NCBI GenBank assembly: GCA_964187785.1
Contig: OZ076416.1
Span: 16,616,001 to 16,680,000, forward strand
Source of the DNA: Amphiscolops sp. MND2022
Lineage: Eukaryota
DNA length: 64,000 bases
Direction: 5' to 3'
Shown here: positions 63,657 through 64,000 of the stretch, in pieces
Layout: the number at the start of each line of letters is the position of its first letter
Position numbering within the stretch: the first letter of the stretch is position 1
Position numbers and translations under genes: made by a program
The notes under the pieces: model-generated
What the model was told of the DNA's origin: nothing
Seen by the model: only the letters and a program-made list of their open reading frames with translations
Database searches by the model: none

Positions 63657-63766
63657 GCTATTTTAGTTACTTGACTATTTTAGTTACTAGTAGCTATATA
63701 AAATAGTCAAGTAATCAAAAGGTAGAGATTGTGGAGATTTGGCAAAATTTGGAAAAAAAACGCGTC

Positions 63767-63855
63767 ACAGATCATGATTTTCCTCCCCCATTTATAAAAT
63801 GTGGGATCGGAAAATAAACAGATCATGATTTTCCTCCCCCATTTATAAAATGTGG
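63767..63855. repeat. 38-bp direct repeat, period 51
   Basis: ACAGATCATGATTTTCCTCCCCCATTTATAAAATGTGG at 63767 and 63818. Confidence 0.9.
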
Positions 63856-64000
63856 TGTCGTAAGCACGAGTATCTGAGGATGTGAATCCGTCCCTCTCAC
63901 GATTACCTAGCGTCTTACTCTTCGGATTGTTTCTAGAGTCTGAATCACGCAGAACTTCAGAATATCCTTCCGGTCTCTCAGACGGAACGTTCCATCTCTC

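Overview
AT-rich, intron-style eukaryotic DNA (probably an invertebrate animal; the repeats remind me of acoel flatworm genomes, which I could not check). One 200-N scaffold gap lies at 10712-10911. I cannot support any intact host gene. The window is mostly transposable elements: a full-length but decayed BEL/Pao LTR retrotransposon (16373-24584, 270-bp LTRs about 6% diverged); a decayed APE-RT LINE ORF2 (about 4200-6400, minus); RTE and possible Gypsy fragments; and about a dozen copies of a DINE-1/HINE-like (non-autonomous Helentron-type) family, some carrying a tRNA-like module. There are also TA-TSD Tc1/mariner-type MITEs, 8-9-bp-TSD MITEs built from short inverted repeat arrays, and three CCC...GGG elements with 2-bp TSDs (EnSpm/CMC-like). 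Most unusual: (1) a satellite with an ~808-bp higher-order period, made of monomers resembling a 154-bp MITE at 63503-63656, inside a 3.2-kb element with perfect 38-bp TIRs; (2) two abutting, unrelated, loop-less palindromes of nearly equal size (142 and 144 bp); (3) a tRNA-like module inside the HINE-like family. All counts and alignments were done by eye.
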